Below, in pieces: positions 55,744 to 64,000 of a stretch of 64,000 bases of DNA; within the stretch, counting starts at the first letter, position 1, and each line of letters opens with the position of its first letter. The notes under the pieces were generated by a model. It had not been told where the DNA came from and ran no database searches. It saw nothing but the letters and a program-made list of their open reading frames with translations. This DNA is from a virus. Its lineage: Duplodnaviria > Caudoviricetes. The DNA is taken from positions 96,001-160,000 of the IMG/VR virus record IMGVR_UViG_3300021387_000661, one strand, 5' to 3'. The position numbers and the translations under genes were made by a program.

Positions 55744-56412
55744 ATGAGTAATATGAAACAGTGGAAATTTTTATATACCTGGAAACAGAGTAATGGTGCT
55801 TTCATCAGGCCAAAGTTGAAGTGGTATTTTGGATCCTGGAGGAAGGAGGGTAATCTTCCTGTCTGGAGAAGGGGAAACACTATTCACTTTGGTAAGTACA
55901 AAGAAAGGAATGATACTTATGACTATGCCAAACTTGTGAGTTCAGAATGGACAGAAGAAGGAAAGAAGAATCATCCTATCCTTTCCAAACTGGTGAAACC
56001 AACTTATGAACTCCCTTATTGGTTGAGTTTCTATTTCTTCAATTCTGATATTATGTACAAGACCAAATGGGCAGATGATGATTATAGATATGAGTATCCT
56101 GCACACATCACTCTTGTGTTTTTTGGTCTGGCATTGTCTGTCACAGCATATATTCCAAAGATGGATGAGAATGACTGGACTTGTCAGGATGATTATTGGG
56201 AGAGTCTTTTGACATACAATCATTATGGTGGTGATATAAAGAAGACCAATGAAGTGATGGGGTGGTGGAACAAACCAGATGATGAGAACTTCAGGTTTAG
56301 GTTTCAGCCAAGATTCTTGAAAAATGAAGATGAGCGAAAACAGCTTATTGAACTTCAGGCAGATAAACTGAATAAAATAAGGGGTGGTTATGATTCAGAA
56401 GAGGGTGAATAA
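55744..56412 (+). CDS. Hypothetical Trp-rich protein
   Basis: About 220-aa ORF. Confidence 0.7.
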   Translation: MSNMKQWKFLYTWKQSNGAFIRPKLKWYFGSWRKEGNLPVWRRGNTIHFGKYKERNDTYDYAKLVSSEWTEEGKKNHPILSKLVKPTYELPYWLSFYFFNSDIMYKTKWADDDYRYEYPAHITLVFFGLALSVTAYIPKMDENDWTCQDDYWESLLTYNHYGGDIKKTNEVMGWWNKPDDENFRFRFQPRFLKNEDERKQLIELQADKLNKIRGGYDSEEGE

Positions 56413-56483
56413 CTTTCTTCTTTTGTTATTAGTTTGACAAGACTTTGTTATATTTAATAGGTAACAGTTAAAATTATATTACT

Positions 56484-56810
56484 ATGAGTTTATTTGAAAT
56501 TATTTTGGTTGCCCTTTTGGGTGTTTATGTTTTATCAAGTCTTTATTTTTCCATTTCCGGAAGGATTCTTGCCTTCAAAGACAGGAAGGAAGATATAGAA
56601 AGAAGGAACAAGGATGTAGAATATGAGAATCAGTTGAACATTCTCACAAAGCGTATTGGTGAGATTGGAACAGATAACCATAATCTTAACAATGACTTGA
56701 GAGCATGGAAAGAGGCATATGTCAAGTTGCAGAGTGAGTATGAAGCCTTGAAGAAGAAATCTGAAGAATCAAAGAAGACCACAAGGAAAAAGAAAGAAAC
56801 TGAAGAGTAA
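56484..56810 (+). CDS. TM-anchored coiled-coil protein
   Basis: N-terminal hydrophobic helix plus coiled coil. Promoter motif at 56445. Confidence 0.6.
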   Translation: MSLFEIILVALLGVYVLSSLYFSISGRILAFKDRKEDIERRNKDVEYENQLNILTKRIGEIGTDNHNLNNDLRAWKEAYVKLQSEYEALKKKSEESKKTTRKKKETEE

Positions 56811-56811
56811 T

Positions 56812-57606
56812 ATGAAACAATATCTTGACTTATTGAGAGAAATCAGGGATAATGGTGTAACCAAAACAGATCGTACAGGTGTTGGTACAAAGTCCATATT
56901 TGGTCACCAGATGAGGTTTAACCTTCAGGATGGGTTTCCCCTCCTCACAACCAAGAAAGTCTTTCTAAAAGGAATTATATATGAATTACTGTGGTTTCTG
57001 AAGGGAGATACAAACATCAAGTTCCTTACAGACCACAATGTCCATATCTGGGATGAGTGGGCAGATGAGAATGGAGACCTTGGTTATGTGTATGGAAAGC
57101 AGTGGAGATCCTGGGAGACAACTGATGGAAGGGTGATTGACCAGATTTCACAGGCTGTTGATTTGATTAAGAATCATCCAGATTCAAGGAGAATATTGGT
57201 GACTGCCTGGAATCCAGCTGAGATTGACAAGATGGCACTTCCTCCTTGTCATTGTTTGTTCCAGTTCTATGTTGCTGATGGAAAACTGTCCTGTCAACTT
57301 TATCAGAGGTCTGCTGATACTTTCCTTGGTGTACCTTTCAATATTGCATCCTATGCACTTTTAACAATGATGTTGGCACAGGTATGTGGACTTGAACCAG
57401 GTGAGTTTATTCATACAACTGGAGATACACATATCTACCTGAATCATCTTGATCAGGTAAATGAACAACTTTCAAGAGAACCAAGACCACTTCCAAAGAT
57501 GATTATCAATCCTGATGTGAAATCTATTTTTGATTTCAAGTATGAAGATTTCAAACTGGAAGGGTATGATCCATGGCCAGCGATTAAAGCTCCTGTTGCA
57601 GTATGA
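56812..57606 (+). CDS. thyA: Thymidylate synthase
   Basis: [40 protein letters not shown] and HIYLNH. 264 aa. Confidence 0.98.
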   Translation: MKQYLDLLREIRDNGVTKTDRTGVGTKSIFGHQMRFNLQDGFPLLTTKKVFLKGIIYELLWFLKGDTNIKFLTDHNVHIWDEWADENGDLGYVYGKQWRSWETTDGRVIDQISQAVDLIKNHPDSRRILVTAWNPAEIDKMALPPCHCLFQFYVADGKLSCQLYQRSADTFLGVPFNIASYALLTMMLAQVCGLEPGEFIHTTGDTHIYLNHLDQVNEQLSREPRPLPKMIINPDVKSIFDFKYEDFKLEGYDPWPAIKAPVAV

Positions 57607-58088
57607 TTGAGAAAAATATAATAGTTGCAGTATCAGATAACTGGGCTATTGGAAAAGATGGTGAGATTCCTTGGCATATAAATGAAGATTTAAAGTATTT
57701 TCATAATGTTACTTTTGGTCATCCAGTTATTATGGGGTCAAAGACTTATGAATCAATTGGTCACCCACTTACAGATAGGGTAAATATTGTTGTAAGTCAT
57801 AAATATACTTGGGATGGTGTAATTGTTGAAAACTCACTTGATGCAGCATACAAAAGGGCAGAACAGTTTGATAACCAGTGTTTTGTGATTGGTGGTGAAT
57901 CAATTTATAGAGAAGCAATAAAATCTGCTGATAGAATATATCTTACACATATCTATGGTGAGTTTGATGCAGACACATTTTTTCCAAAGATTGATATTAA
58001 TGAGTGGAAGATGATTTCTGCATCAGATGTAAAGGTTGATAAAGAATCTGGAATACCATATAATTTTGAAATATATATAAGGAAATAA
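57603..58088 (+). CDS. folA: Dihydrofolate reductase
   Basis: [37 protein letters not shown] and DTFFP. Confidence 0.95.
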   Translation: MIEKNIIVAVSDNWAIGKDGEIPWHINEDLKYFHNVTFGHPVIMGSKTYESIGHPLTDRVNIVVSHKYTWDGVIVENSLDAAYKRAEQFDNQCFVIGGESIYREAIKSADRIYLTHIYGEFDADTFFPKIDINEWKMISASDVKVDKESGIPYNFEIYIRK

Positions 58089-58090
58089 GT

Positions 58091-58558
58091 ATGTGGATTA
58101 AGAATTTTTTCAATGAATTAAAGGCCTGGATAATAATAAATAAAGTATATAAAAATAACAAATCAGACTTTAATGCAATTGGTCTCAAGAAAGATTATTT
58201 TGGAAAATTATACAAAGTAATAAATAGAGATGTTTTGATTGAATTGGGTAGTGATGAAGATCAAATTTATTTAAGGAAAGAACTTGCAGAGATATGGTCT
58301 GTATTGGTAAAACACAATGTTGTGGATATCCTTGCCTATGAGCTCAAACCATTGGAGGAGGTCACACAGATTGATGAGACCCATGAAGAGTTTGAGCATG
58401 GTTATCTTGTCACCTTCACACCTGCATGGAATCTTGACAAACAATATGTCACCTTCAAGTCAGTCATCTTTGTAACACTCTTTTTTGGTGGACTTATTTT
58501 TGGTGCAGTCTGGTCAACTATCAAATATCTCATTCCATTCTTTCAGACATTGTTATGA
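58091..58558 (+). CDS. Hypothetical protein with C-terminal TM helix
   Basis: Hydrophobic C-terminus. Confidence 0.65.
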   Translation: MWIKNFFNELKAWIIINKVYKNNKSDFNAIGLKKDYFGKLYKVINRDVLIELGSDEDQIYLRKELAEIWSVLVKHNVVDILAYELKPLEEVTQIDETHEEFEHGYLVTFTPAWNLDKQYVTFKSVIFVTLFFGGLIFGAVWSTIKYLIPFFQTLL

Positions 58559-58926
58559 TAGCAGATAGAGAAAGATTGAAATCCCTTGGACTTGAAAAGT
58601 TCTCAAGGGATTTTGACAACATAGAGAGTCAGTGGTTGAATCTCATCTATGACCCCAACTTCAACAGGGTGGTTGAAAGATGGGTATATGAGAAGACTGC
58701 CGGCATGATGGAATGGAAGTGCGCCATCTGTGGAGAACCAATCTTGGCAGACAGGAACAGGACAGATGTGGAGAATTTTGTCTGCGAAAAATGTCGTGAG
58801 ACATACAACAATAAAAGTCCAATGGTTGACAGGAGGATATTGGACTCCAGGACTATGATGTTCAGATATTTGGAGAACAAACTATATGAGGAACTTGAGG
58901 ACAAATTAAATGGGGGAAAGAGTTAA
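58555..58926 (+). CDS. Zinc-ribbon hypothetical protein
   Basis: CAICG...CEKC. Confidence 0.65.
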   Translation: MIADRERLKSLGLEKFSRDFDNIESQWLNLIYDPNFNRVVERWVYEKTAGMMEWKCAICGEPILADRNRTDVENFVCEKCRETYNNKSPMVDRRILDSRTMMFRYLENKLYEELEDKLNGGKS

Positions 58927-58940
58927 TCTTTTCCCCATTT
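58908..58940 (+). terminator. Terminator
   Basis: AAATGGGGGAAAG...CTTTTCCCCATTT. Confidence 0.65.
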
Positions 58941-58970
58941 CTCATAAATACATATATAGTATTTTATAAT

Positions 58971-61673
58971 ATGAAGTTATATTCAGAGAAACCTGATTAT
59001 GTAAGACTGGATGATGATGTCTCTTTTCAGATATTGAGAACCAATCCAAAACTCACTACCAACACCAAGTTGATGTATGATGGTGAGAATTTATATATGG
59101 AATCTTATGATGCTAATCCTCTTTTGTCAACAATAAATTACAAGCATCATAAGGTATGGAAAACTGGTTTCTTTAACAGGGACATCAGGAACTTTCTTCT
59201 TGGAACAAATGCGGCAGCATATACTCTTGGTCAGAATGTAGATGATACCATCATCCTTGATAATTTTGACAATCAGTTTGAAAATATGTACTGGTGTGGT
59301 GTGGAATCCATCAATTCTGATGTATACCCACAGGAGATGGGTTTTGTCGCCCCTCTTTATTTGAGGAAGAAGAGACCTAATTATTTTGTCATATTCAAAA
59401 TAGATAGTCCGGCCAATACAAATATGGTTGAGACAGATGTATCATTTGATTTCAAAAAAGATGTTTTAAAGAGATTAAAAATACTTAAATCATTTGATTT
59501 GAGGGAGGGAACACCCATTGGGGATTACATAAGTAAGTATGTAGGACAGAGAGATTTTAAATATGACAGGTCTATTTATATAAACTTCTCTTCAAATGAA
59601 ATCTACTATTATGGTATTGATAAGTTTTCAGGTGTTCTGACACAGAAGGTGGAGAACATTGAAGAGGGTATGCTCAACAATGACAATACCATTTCAAAGG
59701 TTGATGCCTGGATAACATCAGGATTTGAAAGGAATAACCTCATCTTCCCTTATATACTTAATCTTGAGTTTTTATTTGATGACAAAGAAACCAAGGACTA
59801 TGAATTTGCAAGATACTTTGGTATGTATTGTAATGACATAGATCTTTATGATATGAAGGTTTTAAGAATATATAATAATACACTGACAGTAGATACCTCA
59901 ACCAGTGAAGACATATTCCTGTTGAATCCTGAAACAGCAAATGGAACAATTAGTTACATAAAGGACAAAAGGGATAATTTATATTCCATTAAGACAAAAA
60001 CAAGTCTTCCTGGATTTTACACATTATTCAGTAGTGCAAAGGAAGAGGACTTTACAGGATTTGAAAATTCATCAACATCAGTATTTGCTGAGCGTATTCC
60101 TGGTTCAGGGCGTTCCATGTTGATTTTTGAAGTCCTTTCCACCCTTAATGATATGGATACTATAAAGGTTTACAGTGGTAGTGGTAAATCATTTCTGGCA
60201 GAATTCATAGCATCAGCAGAACTGCCAAAGGGAACAAGTAATGATAAATATTTTTCCTGTAATGGTACTATTGAAGATACTGCCAAGGCCATTGCTAGTG
60301 CTTTCCAGGATTGTACTACAGATAATCTCAAGTGGATTAAAGCATTCAATATAGGAAGTAAGGTTGTCATAAGCGCAACATATTCAGGTGACAGTTTCGA
60401 TGGGATGATAAGTGTGAACCTTAATAGTATATCCAATTTCAAAATCAAAAAGATAACTGATTCATTCCTTGGTGGTTCTGATGAGGGATGTGTGTTCAAG
60501 GTATATACTGAAGACAAGGATGTATTTTTTGATAATCCTGAAAATGGAAACAGGACTGACAGGGATGGTATCAGGTATTTCAAGAGTAGTACTGGAAAGA
60601 ACAATGCTGAAATTAAGGTGGTTTTGCCATACATCAATGAGAATAATGAGATAGATGACACCTATTCCATTGTGGTTACTGATTCCAATGGCAAGTATGT
60701 GAATATATCAAAAACAGACCAGGTTGAGATAATTGATAAGTACTATGCCAAAATAGGTCTTTTGAGTTTCTTCCCGGTAAAGGATTTTAATTTTGACACA
60801 ATTTCATCACAATATGGAGAGTATGAAGTGATGGATAATGAGATTAAGAGGTCTGAAAATAATGAAATATCATTACCTTACAAAAGGTTTTATGATATAG
60901 ATAGCGGTATTCCTGTTTCCACTGAATATGAATATTATTATGAAAACATCTTACCTGAATTATCCACAGTAAGTAAAACTGTACCTTTTATAACCAAGTG
61001 GGGATACATAGATGATTCAAAGGACAGTTGTGAAAACCCATACAGACTCAATACAAGTAAGATATTTGATACTTCCAATTTCTCTGCAAATACATTTATG
61101 CAGAGTACTGACATTATGGAGTACACACATTCTATGCCTTATTATTTGGTTGATAGTGATTACCAGGAGGATAAATCATTAATGAAGAATGAATATCAGT
61201 ATATAGCAAAAACAGAAGCTGAAAACACCTGGAATGATATTGAGGGGATAAAAAATTATTTTAGTAACACAGAAACAGATAATTTTGATAATTTTTTTGG
61301 AAACACCTCATCAACTATATTCAATAATAAGAGATTCAACAAAAAATATTCCAGATTTTTACTTGGTGATGACACACATAAATCATCTACATTATTCAGG
61401 GGTGTAAAATTTGAAATTACAGAACTTAATGATGGTAAAGAAGTCAATAGTGGAAAATATAATGATTATAGATTTTCATTTTTGTATGTCCCCAAGAAAG
61501 ATGATGAGGAGAATGCACCACTACCACCTATATATTTCATAAAGAATGATGTCTTCAAATTTATTGTAGGAATCCTCTTTTTTAGAATAGAGGGTAAAAA
61601 TAACTATGCCTTCAACAAATCATATGTTTATGAAATAGGTATGGGACTTCTTAATCCTAAAGAAGGTGTGTAA
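58971..61673 (+). CDS. Large late protein, probably virion structural (baseplate/tail-associated)
   Basis: 900 aa. Late motif at 58943-58950. Confidence 0.55.
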   Translation: MKLYSEKPDYVRLDDDVSFQILRTNPKLTTNTKLMYDGENLYMESYDANPLLSTINYKHHKVWKTGFFNRDIRNFLLGTNAAAYTLGQNVDDTIILDNFDNQFENMYWCGVESINSDVYPQEMGFVAPLYLRKKRPNYFVIFKIDSPANTNMVETDVSFDFKKDVLKRLKILKSFDLREGTPIGDYISKYVGQRDFKYDRSIYINFSSNEIYYYGIDKFSGVLTQKVENIEEGMLNNDNTISKVDAWITSGFERNNLIFPYILNLEFLFDDKETKDYEFARYFGMYCNDIDLYDMKVLRIYNNTLTVDTSTSEDIFLLNPETANGTISYIKDKRDNLYSIKTKTSLPGFYTLFSSAKEEDFTGFENSSTSVFAERIPGSGRSMLIFEVLSTLNDMDTIKVYSGSGKSFLAEFIASAELPKGTSNDKYFSCNGTIEDTAKAIASAFQDCTTDNLKWIKAFNIGSKVVISATYSGDSFDGMISVNLNSISNFKIKKITDSFLGGSDEGCVFKVYTEDKDVFFDNPENGNRTDRDGIRYFKSSTGKNNAEIKVVLPYINENNEIDDTYSIVVTDSNGKYVNISKTDQVEIIDKYYAKIGLLSFFPVKDFNFDTISSQYGEYEVMDNEIKRSENNEISLPYKRFYDIDSGIPVSTEYEYYYENILPELSTVSKTVPFITKWGYIDDSKDSCENPYRLNTSKIFDTSNFSANTFMQSTDIMEYTHSMPYYLVDSDYQEDKSLMKNEYQYIAKTEAENTWNDIEGIKNYFSNTETDNFDNFFGNTSSTIFNNKRFNKKYSRFLLGDDTHKSSTLFRGVKFEITELNDGKEVNSGKYNDYRFSFLYVPKKDDEENAPLPPIYFIKNDVFKFIVGILFFRIEGKNNYAFNKSYVYEIGMGLLNPKEGV

Positions 61674-61709
61674 TGATTATACTATCTGGTAATAAAATAA
61701 TATAAAATT

Positions 61710-64000
61710 ATGGCTGCTACATTAAATATTATAACTGATAGGGATAAATTCATAGAATTAGAATTAAGTGAAACTTATTTTTATTGTGTAAAAATTACAA
61801 ATCAATCAGGCGAACCCATATTAGGCGCAACTGTAACATTTAAAGAAAAAAATATTACAGAAAGGACTGGCTCTGATGGTCTTGTCCGTGTGACTGCATC
61901 TTCACAAGACCCTTATTTATGTAATATTGCTATATCTGCTATGGGGTATGAGAATAAAGATGCTACTGCTCAAAAATTTTCAACAAAAGGAATATCAGAG
62001 ACACAACTATATACAATTGTAAAACTGTCAAAATCAGCAGGGAATACTGTATATTGCTTTAAGATAAAGGTTACAAATTCTTCAGGAAAAATACCAATAA
62101 CTGGTCTAACCAAGAAGAATATAAGTGTTGACCAAAATATTCAATTTGATTTAGTGGAGGAGATTGGTACAGGAATATATATTATTAAATGTATAAATAG
62201 TGAATTAACCATCACCATTAAAAATAATGGATATTCAGAGAGTACACAAACCATTATCGGTGAACAAAATATTAAAGATGTTAAGATAACACAATTTAAC
62301 TTGCAACCAACAATAGAGGCTGTTTATTATTATGTTGTTAAAGCCCAAACAGAATCAGGTAATCCAATATCTGGTGTGACTGTACAAATAGGTGATGATA
62401 CTACTCAAATCATAACAGACCAGAATGGATTGGCATTCAAAGAATTAGGAAAAAAAGCCCAACAACCTCAATCAAAAAATGTATATGTTATAAACTACCC
62501 ATCTATATATTATATTGATAAAGAGAATAATGAAGATGTGGGATTGGTGGGAGCTACAATATCTAAAACCAGTCCTGGTTATACATTTAAATTTAAATCC
62601 AACTCTAATATCACATACAACCACAGTCTTATAATTTTTGATTATTATACAGGTGTTGTGGTAGAAGATGCAACAATTATATATACATATGACAATACTG
62701 TAATAGAAACAAAGACATCTATCAGTGGTATCACTAAATTTTCAAGTCCTTATAAAGAACTTACCATAAAAATAAGTAAACAGGGATACAAGGATTACTC
62801 AATAGTATCTACAGGATTGTCAGATACTGATGTTAATGTAATAAATTTAGACCGTGATGATGCTGTACAGATTATCTATGAAGATAACAACCCGGCAACA
62901 CATATCTATGTCAATTTATACAAATATGTAAATAATGAGTATGTAGTTCTTGGAAAATTTTATACATATGGTACAGGATATATAAAATTATTGGGAGATG
63001 GCTATTATAATTCACAGGAAGATATATATATATCTGTTCCAAATTGTAAAGTTATAGGTTCAAATAAACTTGAACGTGGTAATGTACAATACACAATAGA
63101 GAAGGATAATACTCAACAAAAACTACGATGGGACTGTAACAGGGTATCTGTCAATGGTATCAAGAAAAGTATATCCAAAGGTAATAAAGATTTGAAAACC
63201 AATGGTGAGACAAATTCAGTGGAATACAGTTCAAATGATTTCAGAATCAATATTGTTGACCCTGATTCCATTGATACATATGATGTATTTGCAAGCGCAC
63301 CAATTATAACAGATGATAATAATGGTATCACCAGTTCCATTGACATCAAATTAAAACCTGATATCAACAATCTCAGGATAAAAACCTTAAATAGATATTC
63401 TGGTTATTATAATCCTATATTCAAGGATATATTGTTTTATAGTAATTTGGAAAACTGTCCATTTTCAAATGTTAAATTTGATTACTCATATAATGACAAG
63501 TATGGAAAGTTTGGGGTTATTAACAATATGTGGTATCATAAGGTGAATGACAATAAAAACATTGAGATTATCAACACCCTGACACCATATTATCCCTTGA
63601 CTGGACAATATGCCCTTGCTCATAAAGACTATAATATCTTCAGCAGTAACTGGGATATGGATTATTATACAAGACAGATAGACATCAAGCATGCTGAAAG
63701 TTGTAAGAACATAACAAGTATGAAAGATGGTCTCTGTATGTTTGGTTCAAAATATCTCAACACACCTAGTGAAGTGGACATATGTGGATTGACATTGGGT
63801 AATGATGTAAACTGGAATGGGGAATGGAATGATGACTGGATAACCAATCCTGGAGGATGTCCCGGGGAAGTAATGTTTAAAGAGATAAACAACAGTAATG
63901 TCAGTTTCTACTTCTTTTTGAGGAAAAGAATAATAAGATTCTTCTGTGATAAACTGAAAGGAGAGTTTGCAAAATATATAAGTCCTGATAACTCATTCGG
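61710..64000 (+). CDS. Large late protein with carboxypeptidase-regulatory-like/Ig-like repeats, 3'-truncated
   Basis: Not in the ORF track because no stop lies in the window. Manual translation MAATLNII..., with repeats GEPILGATV..TGSDG and GNPISGVTV..TDQNG. Confidence 0.7.
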   Translation, partial: MAATLNIITDRDKFIELELSETYFYCVKITNQSGEPILGATVTFKEKNITERTGSDGLVRVTASSQDPYLCNIAISAMGYENKDATAQKFSTKGISETQLYTIVKLSKSAGNTVYCFKIKVTNSSGKIPITGLTKKNISVDQNIQFDLVEEIGTGIYIIKCINSELTITIKNNGYSESTQTIIGEQNIKDVKITQFNLQPTIEAVYYYVVKAQTESGNPISGVTVQIGDDTTQIITDQNGLAFKELGKKAQQPQSKNVYVINYPSIYYIDKENNEDVGLVGATISKTSPGYTFKFKSNSNITYNHSLIIFDYYTGVVVEDATIIYTYDNTVIETKTSISGITKFSSPYKELTIKISKQGYKDYSIVSTGLSDTDVNVINLDRDDAVQIIYEDNNPATHIYVNLYKYVNNEYVVLGKFYTYGTGYIKLLGDGYYNSQEDIYISVPNCKVIGSNKLERGNVQYTIEKDNTQQKLRWDCNRVSVNGIKKSISKGNKDLKTNGETNSVEYSSNDFRINIVDPDSIDTYDVFASAPIITDDNNGITSSIDIKLKPDINNLRIKTLNRYSGYYNPIFKDILFYSNLENCPFSNVKFDYSYNDKYGKFGVINNMWYHKVNDNKNIEIINTLTPYYPLTGQYALAHKDYNIFSSNWDMDYYTRQIDIKHAESCKNITSMKDGLCMFGSKYLNTPSEVDICGLTLGNDVNWNGEWNDDWITNPGGCPGEVMFKEINNSNVSFYFFLRKRIIRFFCDKLKGEFAKYISPDNSF

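Noticed and set aside
516-63892. Many short antisense or overlapping ORFs in the track (e.g. 3805-4335, 28321-28905, 60170-60661)
   Set aside because: They are shadows of long genes on the other strand or frame, with no motifs or start signals.
1-64000. Stop-codon reassignment (TAG to Gln, as in Lak megaphages)
   Set aside because: Long structural genes are uninterrupted in the standard code, and TAG ends several ORFs at sensible boundaries (e.g. 11115, 45111).
1-64000. tRNA/rRNA genes, reverse transcriptase/DGR, integrase or transposase
   Set aside because: None recognised by eye. tRNAscan-SE and HMM searches would be needed to exclude them.

Overview
This 64 kb AT-rich window comes from a large T4-like (contractile-tailed) jumbo phage. 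The host is most likely Bacteroidota, judged from the promoter motifs and host-like ThyA/DHFR, and the standard genetic code fits. About 1-31 kb is mostly virion and late genes: a MoxR-like ATPase, metallopeptidase and vWA triad, PhoH, tail tube, tail sheath, portal, a prohead protease-scaffold fusion, major capsid protein and fibre-like proteins. Two related free-standing homing-endonuclease-like genes sit among them. About 31.6-39 kb is a DNA-methylation island. It holds an intact M.Sau3AI-like C5 methyltransferase and a second C5 methyltransferase in pieces: one catalytic gene (motifs I-VIII), three separate genes for motif IX/X subunits (two with different target-recognition domains, one with none) and a stand-alone double-TRD gene. 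An SAH/MTA-nucleosidase-like gene and a PD-(D/E)xK nuclease are interspersed. About 39-59 kb is small accessory ORFs, thyA-folA and a 1795-aa nuclease-helicase-methyltransferase with a late promoter and T4-like capsid-targeting motifs. About 59-64 kb is two more large late genes. Two promoter classes recur: CATAAATA (late) and TTGTTATATTTA (non-late, often 4 nt before ATG). All protein calls come from motif recognition by eye; no database search was run.
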